Source: Gammaproteobacteria bacterium (GTDB lineage: Bacteria; Pseudomonadota; Gammaproteobacteria; Steroidobacterales; UBA11654). Taken from it: a stretch of DNA of 61,197 nucleotides. Below, piece by piece: positions 20,709-29,346 of this stretch (position 1 is the first letter of the stretch; every line of letters starts with the position of its first letter). The position numbers and the translations under genes are program-made. The notes under the pieces were generated by a model, which was given only the letters and a program-made list of their open reading frames with translations, did not search any database and had not been told where the DNA came from. The DNA is taken from contig JAPYQN010000007.1 of the NCBI GenBank assembly GCA_029941465.1, positions 972 to 62,168 on the forward strand. Direction: 5' to 3'.

Positions 20709-21775
20709 AAGTCATAGATTGGTATATTTTTAGATCTATCACAAAGATGACATTTATTGTGTGCTTTATTTTTGCTGCTCTTTCTGGATTTATAGATTTT
20801 ATTAGTCAGGCTGATGATATAGGTATAGGTAGTTATGGTGTTTATGAAGCAGTTCAATACACGTTATTGAAATTACCCAGTTCTATTTTTCAGCTTATGC
20901 CAATAGTGGTATTAATTGGCAGTTTGCTTGGATTAGGAGCGTTGAGTAAAAATAGCGAAATAATCATTATTATGTCATCTGGTTTTTCTTTGTTTAGACT
21001 CAGTTTATCAGTCGCAATCACCGGGTTTATTTTTTGTTTTTTCATAACAATTATTGGAGAGTATCTTTCACCCCCCATGGAGAGGTTTGCTGATCAATTA
21101 AGAACAAAAAGTAAATACAATCTTTCCACTTTAGGGCAATCAAAGGGCTTTTGGCTAAAAGATGAAAATAAAATTATCAATATTAACTTTGTTTCAGAAA
21201 ATAAAAATTTTGGTGAGTTAACCATCTTTGAACTTGGTGAAGACGCTCGAATAAATAAAATCTCTAAAGCATCATCTGCAGGTATTGATGATTATAATCA
21301 ATGGATTTTAAGTAATTTAAATGAATCTACATTCAAAGAATCAGGAGTAGAGTCGACATATTCGAGATATAAAATTGATAAAACAAAACTGAATAGAGAT
21401 CTTGTTAGTTTAACGGTAGTTAAATCAGAGGATTTGAATGTAATAGAACTTTTCCGCTTTATCACATATCTTCAAACCAATAATCTAGATGCTGACCAAT
21501 ACATGGCATCATTCCATAGTCGGGTTGCTTCTTTATTTGTTATTCCTATTATGTGTTTGTTTGCATTGCCAATGTCACTTGGTGTTCAGAGGACTAGAGG
21601 TATGGGCTATCGAATTACTCTAGGGGTTGTTATTGGCTTAATCTATTTCATAATGCAAAATACATTAATGGAGTCAGTGCAAATCTATACAATTAACCCA
21701 ATATTTATAGGATGGTTACCACTGCTGGCATTGACTATAGTTACAACAGGTTTGTATTTAATTAAGAAGAATTAG
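20705..21775 (+). CDS. lptG: LPS export ABC transporter permease LptG
   Basis: LGALSKNSE and GFWLKD. ATGA overlap with lptF. Confidence 0.92.
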   Translation: MKVIDWYIFRSITKMTFIVCFIFAALSGFIDFISQADDIGIGSYGVYEAVQYTLLKLPSSIFQLMPIVVLIGSLLGLGALSKNSEIIIIMSSGFSLFRLSLSVAITGFIFCFFITIIGEYLSPPMERFADQLRTKSKYNLSTLGQSKGFWLKDENKIININFVSENKNFGELTIFELGEDARINKISKASSAGIDDYNQWILSNLNESTFKESGVESTYSRYKIDKTKLNRDLVSLTVVKSEDLNVIELFRFITYLQTNNLDADQYMASFHSRVASLFVIPIMCLFALPMSLGVQRTRGMGYRITLGVVIGLIYFIMQNTLMESVQIYTINPIFIGWLPLLALTIVTTGLYLIKKN

Positions 21776-21781
21776 TAATTC

Positions 21782-22396
21782 ATGACTCAGTTAATGAACA
21801 GCCTGTTTTCTTTTTTTTTATTGTTTCTTGTTTATAGTTGCACAACTGTTGAAACAGTGTCTCCACCACCACAACAAATTAATGTTGATACTTTTAAAGA
21901 GCAACTAAAAGATTTAAAAAAGAAAACTCAACTTCTTGAAGAAGAGATGAATTTGTTGAAGAATGAGTTGTCATTAGTAAAAAAAGATTTTAAAGAGGAA
22001 ATAAATAATGACGTTCTTACAGATTCTGAACGATTAGCCTATCAGGAATCTTTTGAGTTAATAAGACGAGGTGATTACGCAGCTGCCCAAATAGCCTTTT
22101 CAAATTATATTAAATCTTATCAAGGGAGTTCTTTTATTGATGACGCTAAATTTTGGCTTGCAGAGTCTTTCTATTCTCAAGGTAATTATATTAAAGCATT
22201 AGAAATCTTTGAGAATATCCAACGCCAACATCCCAAGTCAGAAAAGATTATGGAGTCAATTTTGAAGTCAGGATTTTGTTATTATGAATTAGGAAACTTT
22301 GAAAAATCAGTCACAATTTTTAAACAAATTATTACTGATTATCCTAATTCTTCTGTATCTCGTCTTGCAGCAGAAAAACTTAACACAATTAGATAA
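21782..22396 (+). CDS. cpoB: Tol-Pal-associated TPR protein CpoB/YbgF
   Basis: Signal/lipobox (VYSC), coiled coil and TPRs (AKFWLAES, YPNSS). Precedes queE-queC. Confidence 0.82.
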   Translation: MTQLMNSLFSFFLLFLVYSCTTVETVSPPPQQINVDTFKEQLKDLKKKTQLLEEEMNLLKNELSLVKKDFKEEINNDVLTDSERLAYQESFELIRRGDYAAAQIAFSNYIKSYQGSSFIDDAKFWLAESFYSQGNYIKALEIFENIQRQHPKSEKIMESILKSGFCYYELGNFEKSVTIFKQIITDYPNSSVSRLAAEKLNTIR

Positions 22397-22402
22397 GTTA
22401 AG

Positions 22403-23050
22403 ATGACTAAGAACGCTCTAAGAGTGACAGAAATTTTTTACTCTATTCAAGGAGAATCAACAAAAACAGGCTTACCAACAGTTTTTGTTCGTTTAACAGG
22501 TTGCCCATTAAGATGCATCTATTGCGATACAGAATATGCTTTTACAGGTGGTGAAAACTTAAAAATATCTGCGGTCATTGAAACTATAAAGGCTTTATCA
22601 AGTCAGTATGTTTGTATTACTGGAGGTGAACCATTAGCGCAACCTAACGTCCATATTTTAATGAATGAACTTGTTCAGCTAGATTATGATATTAGTCTAG
22701 AGACGAGTGGTTATATTGATATTTCAAATGTAAATTCTAAAGTAAAGATAATTATGGATATCAAAACACCGCAATCAGGAGAGGTAGATAAAAATAATTG
22801 GGAGAATATAAATCTTCTTAAGAATGATGATGAGATAAAATTTGTTATTTGTAATCGTGATGATTACAAGTGGTCTAAGGAAATCATAGAGAAACATATG
22901 ATTCATGATAAATGTACAGTGCTAATGTCCCCAACAACAGGGTTGATGGAACCTAGGACTCTTGCAGAATGGATTCTTGAAGATTCTTTGCCAGTAAGGT
23001 TTCAGATTCAATTACACAAAATTCTTTGGAATAATCAACCAGGTAAATAA
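22403..23050 (+). CDS. queE: 7-carboxy-7-deazaguanine synthase (radical SAM)
   Basis: EIFYSIQGE, CPLRCIYCDT, TGGEP and QLHK. Confidence 0.95.
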   Translation: MTKNALRVTEIFYSIQGESTKTGLPTVFVRLTGCPLRCIYCDTEYAFTGGENLKISAVIETIKALSSQYVCITGGEPLAQPNVHILMNELVQLDYDISLETSGYIDISNVNSKVKIIMDIKTPQSGEVDKNNWENINLLKNDDEIKFVICNRDDYKWSKEIIEKHMIHDKCTVLMSPTTGLMEPRTLAEWILEDSLPVRFQIQLHKILWNNQPGK

Positions 23051-23052
23051 AG

Positions 23053-23721
23053 ATGAACAAAGCAATCGTTCTTTTGTCAGGTGGCATGGATTCTTCCACA
23101 GCACTATCAATAGCTATAAAAGAAGGTTTTGAATGCTATGCTTTGACATTGGATTATGGTCAGAGACACCGAGATGAAATTAATAGTGCAAAAAATATAG
23201 TAAAGGATTTTAAAATTACTGAGCACAAACTTGTTTCAATAGATCTAACTGTTTTTGGAGGCTCAGCACTTACTGATAAAAATATAAAAGTCCCAGAGCA
23301 AGCATCTTCTGGAATTCCCATAACCTACGTACCTGCTAGAAATACAATATTTTTCTCATTAGCCCTTGCTTGGGCTGAAGTTATAGAGGCCGATGCAATT
23401 TTTTCTGGCGTTAATGCCATTGATTATTCTGGTTATCCTGATTGTAGACCAGAATATATATCTGCTATACAGGAGTTATTTAATCTTGCGACCAAGATTA
23501 CTTCTGAAGGGAAAAGTATAGAAGTCTGCGCCCCTTTAATTAATATGGATAAAAAAGAAATCATTAAGATAGGGATAGAAAATGGAGTTGATTTCTCTAA
23601 GACAGTTTCATGCTATCAATTGGATCAACATGGCAAGTCTTGTGGTTTATGCGATTCTTGTAGAATTAGATCTAAGGCATTCGAAGAATTAAATCTAGAA
23701 GATAATATTGAATATGTTTAA
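23053..23721 (+). CDS. queC: 7-cyano-7-deazaguanine synthase
   Basis: SGGMDS, TYVPARN, YPDCRP and C-terminal CGLCDSC. Confidence 0.96.
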   Translation: MNKAIVLLSGGMDSSTALSIAIKEGFECYALTLDYGQRHRDEINSAKNIVKDFKITEHKLVSIDLTVFGGSALTDKNIKVPEQASSGIPITYVPARNTIFFSLALAWAEVIEADAIFSGVNAIDYSGYPDCRPEYISAIQELFNLATKITSEGKSIEVCAPLINMDKKEIIKIGIENGVDFSKTVSCYQLDQHGKSCGLCDSCRIRSKAFEELNLEDNIEYV

Positions 23722-23779
23722 AATTCTGTTTTATTTTTGAGACCTAGGTTATTATTCACCAGATTTTTTATTTTACTTT

Positions 23780-23855
23780 GGGCCGTTAGCTCAGTTGGTA
23801 GAGCAGCTGGCTTTTAACCAGTTGGTCGAAGGTTCAAATCCTTCACGGCCCACCA
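23780..23855 (+). tRNA. tRNA-Lys (anticodon TTT)
   Basis: GGGCCGT/ACGGCCC acceptor stem, anticodon arm CTGG-CTTTTAA-CCAG, TTCAAAT T-loop and encoded CCA. 76 nt. Confidence 0.97.
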
Positions 23856-23862
23856 CTTATTA

Positions 23863-23970
23863 ATGAAAAAAAACATAAAAAAATATTGGATTATTTCATC
23901 ACTTATCTCATTATTTTTCTTTGCAATATTAGTTTTTATTTTCATTTTATCTTTGCCTAACAGTAACTAG
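23863..23970 (+). CDS. Putative 35-aa single-pass membrane protein
   Basis: Manual translation MKKNIKKYWIISSLISLFFFAILVFIFILSLPNSN*. It fills the gap between tRNA-Lys and the next ATG (3 nt after its stop). Confidence 0.5.
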   Translation: MKKNIKKYWIISSLISLFFFAILVFIFILSLPNSN

Positions 23971-23973
23971 ATT

Positions 23974-24639
23974 ATGAGCAATCAAACCATCCAATTAAAT
24001 GACGATCTCTATGACTATCTTTTGTCAGTTTCTTTAAAAGAAGACGAGATATTAAAGAGTCTAAGAATGACAACGTCCTCCATGCCAGGCTCCAGAATGC
24101 AGATTGCCCCTGATCAAGGTCAATTCATGGCTATGCTGATTAAAATTATGGGGGCAGAGAAATTAATTGAAATTGGAACATACACTGGTTACAGCACTCT
24201 GGTTTGTGCTATGGCAATGAAAAAAGGACAAATTATAGCTCTTGATCGTGATCCTATATCTACAGCTGTTGCTAGGGATTTTTGGAAACAAGCTGGGGTT
24301 GATGATTTAATTGACTGTCGTCTTGGAGACGCTTTGGAATCACTAAATAAGATTATTGATGATGAAGATGGCTTATCCAGTTTTGATTTTATTTTCATCG
24401 ATGCAGACAAGAGAAATTATAAAAATTATTATGAAATAGGATTGAAGTTATTAAAACAGAATGGGATTATAATTTTTGATAATGTTTTATGGAGCGGAGC
24501 AGTGGCTGACCTCAATGATCAAGATAAAAATACCCTTGCTTTAAGGGAGCTTAATGAGACATTGTATAAAGATAATAGAATTGAACTCAGTATGATTCCT
24601 GTTGGTGATGGCTTAACGATTGTAAGGAAAAAAGAATAA
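23974..24639 (+). CDS. SAM-dependent O-methyltransferase (caffeoyl-CoA OMT family)
   Basis: MQIAPDQG, EIGTYTGYS, FIDADK and DNVLWSG. Confidence 0.92.
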   Translation: MSNQTIQLNDDLYDYLLSVSLKEDEILKSLRMTTSSMPGSRMQIAPDQGQFMAMLIKIMGAEKLIEIGTYTGYSTLVCAMAMKKGQIIALDRDPISTAVARDFWKQAGVDDLIDCRLGDALESLNKIIDDEDGLSSFDFIFIDADKRNYKNYYEIGLKLLKQNGIIIFDNVLWSGAVADLNDQDKNTLALRELNETLYKDNRIELSMIPVGDGLTIVRKKE

Positions 24640-25010
24640 TGAAAGATTCACTAAATGTCTTTGGCGAACCTCTAAATGAATGCAGCAGTTCTCCCAAAAC
24701 TGGTTTTTTTAGAAATGGTTGTTGCGATACCTCAGATGAGGATCTAGGCAGTCACACGGTATGTACTATTCTAACTGAAGAATTTCTTGAGTTTAGTGCA
24801 TCAGTTGGAAATGATTTGTCTACGCCAATGCCTGCACTAGGTTTTTCAGGTTTAAACCCAGGGGACCAATGGTGTTTATGTGCTCCAAGATGGCAACAAG
24901 CTTTTGAAGCAAGCTCAGCTCCAAAAGTAGTTTTATCTTCTACACACCAAGGTGCCTTAGATTACATTGACTTTGAAAATCTAAAAAAGTTTGCGGTAGA
25001 TATTAATTAG
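24639..25010 (+). CDS. DUF2237 family protein
   Basis: NVFGEPL..CS..PKTGFFRNGCC, HTVC, GNDLSTP and GDQWCLCA. Confidence 0.88.
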   Translation: MKDSLNVFGEPLNECSSSPKTGFFRNGCCDTSDEDLGSHTVCTILTEEFLEFSASVGNDLSTPMPALGFSGLNPGDQWCLCAPRWQQAFEASSAPKVVLSSTHQGALDYIDFENLKKFAVDIN

Positions 25011-25034
25011 GTTTTTTTTATTTTTTTACATTGA

Positions 25035-25985
25035 ATGAATATTAAAAAAACAATCTTATTTTCCCTGGTAATCATTATTCAAGGTTGCTCCCTAACTCAA
25101 GAAAAAGACTTTGGGAATCAAACACAAAGATTAGAACAACTATCAGTTGAAAACAGGCTAATAGCTGAAGATCTTATTAAATTTATAGAAGATTCAGATA
25201 ACAAATATTTTAGTTGGGCAGGCTGTATAAATCTTAACTTAACTGCCATTGATAACAATTGTCTTGGTAAAGACAATGGCAATACTGCTGATGAGAGCTT
25301 CCAATCTGTAACAAAATATTCAGATTTTGATATAAGGGTTGCTAGAGGACCAATAGTCGAGAAAATTGGTCGGATGATTTCTGAAGGTAAAATGACTTCA
25401 CCTGGAAGAGGGGAAGAGAGGAATTTATTATGGGGCCGTTTTTATTCCATTGATGTTTATCCAAAAACCCCATTAGTGGGAATGCTTCATGCAACTTTAG
25501 TCCTTCAAATTTTTGAAGATGGCTCTATAGGAACAGGTGGCTGGCTTGATGTTATGCCTGGTACAAGAGTCAAGAGTGACATGAATTATTTAAAAAAAGT
25601 GACAGATGAATATTTCGAAGAAAATAATGCTGATCCAAGTTTATACAGAAGGCTAGTTTGTAAAGGGACAGAAGAAACAATCGCAGAATTTAGAAGAAAG
25701 CCGTCATGTTCTGGAGTTAGCTTTTATGGTCCTCCAGTGTTTAGAGAGAGCGGTGAAAAAAGTTATAGATTCATCAAAGGCATGTACTCAGAATTTGTTG
25801 ATGCATATTTTGAAACTATTCAGAAAAGAATGAATGATCCATTTACAGAAGAAGACCTACTTGCTCAGGAAAAGATGAGAAAGAGCTGGTTAATAGATCA
25901 GTTATTCTCAGATCCTTTCGCCAGTAAAATTGTTCCTTTTGAAGTATGGGCAACTGCTAATGTTGCACCAACGGTGAAATTTTAG
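25035..25985 (+). CDS. Lipoprotein with divergent coproporphyrinogen III oxidase (HemF)-like domain
   Basis: Lipobox IQGC (Cys18). Collinear HemF-like blocks: RGPIVEKIG, SIDVYPKTPLVGMLHA, GGWLDVMP and QEKMRKSWLIDQLFSD. Confidence 0.65.
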   Translation: MNIKKTILFSLVIIIQGCSLTQEKDFGNQTQRLEQLSVENRLIAEDLIKFIEDSDNKYFSWAGCINLNLTAIDNNCLGKDNGNTADESFQSVTKYSDFDIRVARGPIVEKIGRMISEGKMTSPGRGEERNLLWGRFYSIDVYPKTPLVGMLHATLVLQIFEDGSIGTGGWLDVMPGTRVKSDMNYLKKVTDEYFEENNADPSLYRRLVCKGTEETIAEFRRKPSCSGVSFYGPPVFRESGEKSYRFIKGMYSEFVDAYFETIQKRMNDPFTEEDLLAQEKMRKSWLIDQLFSDPFASKIVPFEVWATANVAPTVKF

Positions 25986-25994
25986 GAGATATAA

Positions 25995-26585
25995 ATGAAT
26001 GTAGCAATAAAACAAAACGATGATCCAAATCGTTTCTTTTGGTACTTCATTTATTTAATGATTTCATTCGTTAGTGCTTTGCCTCTTTTTGGACTTAGAC
26101 TTAATGATTTTGGTATTAACTATCTGTTTTTACTATTTATTCATGAGTTTGCTAGCTTTCTTTTTTTTGGCCATACTTTTTTCTCAAATATATGGGCGAT
26201 GCAAATTCGCTTTAACCAAGCAAAAGAAGTTGGTGTTTGGGCAAGGTTTTTTTTAAGAAAGCTAGCCTTATCAATTACGATGACAACTTCGATCATAATC
26301 CCGATAACAGGACTAATGCTCATTGAATCATGGGGCGGATTACATAATGCTCCTTGGGCTTGGAATGCTTATTTTGCATTCTGGTTAATGGCCGCTATAA
26401 GCATTACCCCTGATGTAATTCGTTATGGCAGAAATAGGAATGCTGGTGATCCAAAACACGGAATGGTCAGTGGGGCTATTCGAGGTAATATTGGTACAGT
26501 TTTAACCATTTATATCATTTGTTGCATGATCCTAAAAATTGCTTGGATAACACCATTTGCAAAGTGGTCAATATTTTTAGCTTAA
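25995..26585 (+). CDS. Integral membrane protein, HemJ/DUF2269-like
   Basis: About 5 TM, His in 'YLFLLFIHEFA', 'ITGLMLI' and C-terminal 'IICCMILK'. RBS AGGAG, 9-nt gap from the upstream gene. Confidence 0.5.
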   Translation: MNVAIKQNDDPNRFFWYFIYLMISFVSALPLFGLRLNDFGINYLFLLFIHEFASFLFFGHTFFSNIWAMQIRFNQAKEVGVWARFFLRKLALSITMTTSIIIPITGLMLIESWGGLHNAPWAWNAYFAFWLMAAISITPDVIRYGRNRNAGDPKHGMVSGAIRGNIGTVLTIYIICCMILKIAWITPFAKWSIFLA

Positions 26586-26589
26586 TAGA

Positions 26590-27585
26590 TTAGTTGGTAT
26601 CTTTCTGATACTTAAATCTGTCATCAACCCTTGTTTCTTTTTTCATAGCTTCAGAATTAGCTTCTGCTTGAGCAAGACCATCCTGTATATTCTTTTGCTG
26701 GCTTACTGGTTTATATAGAATTCCTTTGTCTGGATTTATAAATTGTTTAAGTGGGCTAATCTCATGATGTCCATCCATGGCACAAAAACGAGTAATAGAA
26801 TACCTATCATGAGATGTAGGTGGAACCCTGTGAGGCGTTGCTTTAACTTTACCATTAGTCATTATTTCCAACATATCCCCTAACATTACGATGATCTCAT
26901 AACGAGTTGAATCAACCATATGCCATTTTCCTGAACGATGTTTCAATTGCGAACCTTCTGCAGATTGGGTCAGGAGTGTAAAAACCTCATAATCTGTATG
27001 GGCACTGATACCAAAGAGGTTATCTTCTGGAATGCCCTCAACAGCAGGATAGTATATTAACCTCATAGTAGAAGGAGATTTTTCTGTCATTTTCTTGGAA
27101 ATAAAACCCTTATTTATTACTAAAGCCTCCTCAATTTTATTTGCCAATTGGTTCTCTACTTTTGAGAATTCTAAATAGTAATTATAAATTGATTTTTTGA
27201 AATCAGGCATTTTAGGTGGCCATAAGTTTGGACCAAAATTTTCAAATTCATGGTCTATTTCTTCTATCTCATAACACATATCAAATGCGGAACAAGTGGC
27301 TTTTGTATTCGCAGAATAAGCTGGTTCTTCTCCGCAAGGTGACCATCCTCTTCCAGAATGAGAGTAGCGATAATGTGTTGCTTGTTTTATTGGGTCAGAA
27401 TCTTTCATATCATGAAAGGTTTTAGATTGACCATAAGCTTCATCTATGACTTTCTCTGAAACCCCATGATCGATAAGAAGAAAATAGCAATCTTCAATTA
27501 ATGCGTCTGTAAGTCTTTTTAATTCAGTAGACTGATCCTGTTGATGGGAATCATCTAGGAGTCTTTTTAGGCTTATTTTTTTCAC
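26590..27585 (-). CDS. 2OG-Fe(II) dioxygenase (isopenicillin N synthase-like)
   Basis: HTD...H facial triad, RYS 2OG-binding motif, GPNLWP and MRLIYYP. Confidence 0.9.
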   Translation of the reverse strand: MKKISLKRLLDDSHQQDQSTELKRLTDALIEDCYFLLIDHGVSEKVIDEAYGQSKTFHDMKDSDPIKQATHYRYSHSGRGWSPCGEEPAYSANTKATCSAFDMCYEIEEIDHEFENFGPNLWPPKMPDFKKSIYNYYLEFSKVENQLANKIEEALVINKGFISKKMTEKSPSTMRLIYYPAVEGIPEDNLFGISAHTDYEVFTLLTQSAEGSQLKHRSGKWHMVDSTRYEIIVMLGDMLEIMTNGKVKATPHRVPPTSHDRYSITRFCAMDGHHEISPLKQFINPDKGILYKPVSQQKNIQDGLAQAEANSEAMKKETRVDDRFKYQKDTN

Positions 27586-27665
27586 AAAACAAATACATTC
27601 CTTACATCAATTAGTTTAATTTTATATGATCTTTTATAAGATAGAAGGCTAATATTTAAAACATA

Positions 27666-27944
27666 ATGAAAAGTCGAATAGAAATAATTGAACTTACACT
27701 GCGAGATAATCTAAACATTCACAAGTTGATTATAGAGGATCAAGGCCATTTACATAAAGGTCACAAAGCAGCAAAAGAAGGAAAAATGCATTTAAAAATA
27801 TCAATAGTGAGTAATGATTTTAAAGATATATCTCCAATCCAACGCCATCAAAAAGTTTATTCTGTATTAGGCGAGTTTCTAAAAGATGAATTACATGCGC
27901 TGTCGCTAGAGTTGAAAACAATAGAAGAATTAAAGATTATCTAA
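27666..27944 (+). CDS. bolA: BolA family protein
   Basis: HLHKGH, HLKISIVS..F, QRHQKVY and LHALS. Confidence 0.9.
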   Translation: MKSRIEIIELTLRDNLNIHKLIIEDQGHLHKGHKAAKEGKMHLKISIVSNDFKDISPIQRHQKVYSVLGEFLKDELHALSLELKTIEELKII

Positions 27945-29302
27945 TTTTTTACCGCAATTATTCCAGCGTGATCTTTACCGTAATCAGAACTTGCTCTTGC
28001 AGGCCCAAAAAATTTTGCTGAGATAATGTCAAATCCTGCAGCTTTACATTCTCTAGCTAGAGTATCTGGATCTAAACAATTCATATGAGGCGTCATACCT
28101 TTTGGTAATTTTGTCACTGGTAAGCAATCTAGTACATTCTCAATAAATCCAGGAAAAGGATCACCAGCTTCTAGTTTCTTTTCAAACTCCGGTAAATAGT
28201 TTTTCCAGGGACCTGAAAAACAGGTATCAGTAATCAAATAAATTTGACCTCCTGGTTGAAGCCATTTGTACATATTCCCTAATGTTTCTATTAATTCATC
28301 AGGTGTTAGAAAGTGTAAACATCTTGAACAGTGAATAGAGATAAAAGATTCATTCTCAAAATCAATATTGGGGAGTGTGCCAGCCTTGATTTTAAGATTA
28401 GGTTTTAGTTCCTCAGGAGTCTCTTTTAATAGAATATCAAGATGTGCTTGATCCATATCCGATGCAAGGATTTTAGCTCCTTTCTTAAGAGCAGCAATAG
28501 ATGCAATACCATAAGCACAACCTACATCAAGAGAAAGTCCTTTCATTTTAGATGAATCTTCAGCAAAAGACTTAGAGACATCATTTAAATCTTCTTCCAT
28601 AAAACCTCGCCCATTTAAGCAAGGAATAAGCCCCGGTATATAAGCTTTTGGCATAACCTTTTTCCCTATAATTTTAGACAAAAGGTTGATTAATATAGGT
28701 TTAAAAAAGCTTAGTCGTCTTTTAAAGCTGACTTTGTATTCCTTGTTCTCATCATCCATAATTCTTCTATGAAAGGCTTCAAATTTTGGATGTATGTTTC
28801 TCTCATAGAGTTGCATAAGAAAACGATTGGTTATGGAATGGATTAAAGGAATTTTTACCCACTTCTTATATAACTCTTGCATATATATAACCGGTGTTTT
28901 ATGACTTTCAGCGTAGGCAATAAATTTCCAGCCTTCTTTTTTTCTTCTAAATAAAGCACTAATTCTGGCATCACCTCCCCAAGCCTTCATTGGCCCCCTC
29001 ATTTTCATATCATGCCTTACCCAACCAACAGCAAAAACATATTCATCTGATAAAGGCTTGACTTTGATGTTATAAAATCTCATACGAATGGCTTCGAGCA
29101 TTCTTCTTCCAGGAACTGGTTCCCAGTATTTTTTTAGAGCATCCCATCCAATTTTCCAGTCAGCTTGTTCTTCAGCCAAATAAAATGGGTCTGCGTCTTC
29201 TTCATCCCAAAGAGTTTTTAAATCTCCATACTTTTGAGAATCCCATATACGTTCAGCTGATCTGAAAACTTGTTCAATTTCGTTTTGAAGTTCTTGTGTC
29301 AT
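27941..29302 (-). CDS. SnoaL/NTF2-like domain fused to a class I SAM methyltransferase
   Basis: The N-terminal domain ends 'RISALFRRKKEGWKFIAYAES' (NTF2-like). The C-terminal domain has LDVGCAYG, SDMD and LQPGG. Confidence 0.72.
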   Translation of the reverse strand: MTQELQNEIEQVFRSAERIWDSQKYGDLKTLWDEEDADPFYLAEEQADWKIGWDALKKYWEPVPGRRMLEAIRMRFYNIKVKPLSDEYVFAVGWVRHDMKMRGPMKAWGGDARISALFRRKKEGWKFIAYAESHKTPVIYMQELYKKWVKIPLIHSITNRFLMQLYERNIHPKFEAFHRRIMDDENKEYKVSFKRRLSFFKPILINLLSKIIGKKVMPKAYIPGLIPCLNGRGFMEEDLNDVSKSFAEDSSKMKGLSLDVGCAYGIASIAALKKGAKILASDMDQAHLDILLKETPEELKPNLKIKAGTLPNIDFENESFISIHCSRCLHFLTPDELIETLGNMYKWLQPGGQIYLITDTCFSGPWKNYLPEFEKKLEAGDPFPGFIENVLDCLPVTKLPKGMTPHMNCLDPDTLARECKAAGFDIISAKFFGPARASSDYGKDHAGIIAVKN

Positions 29303-29346
29303 TTTTCTTATACACCCTTTGTTATACTTTATATAAACAATACTTT

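Noticed and set aside
22403-23721. queE/queC as a 7-deazaguanine DNA-modification (Dpd) defence system
   Set aside because: They sit in the standard cpoB-queE-queC-tRNA-Lys housekeeping context, with no dpdA/tgt-like or dpdB-K genes nearby.
25035-25985. Calling this gene canonical hemF
   Set aside because: It has a lipoprotein signal and has lost the conserved Asn/Arg residues, so no gene symbol was assigned.
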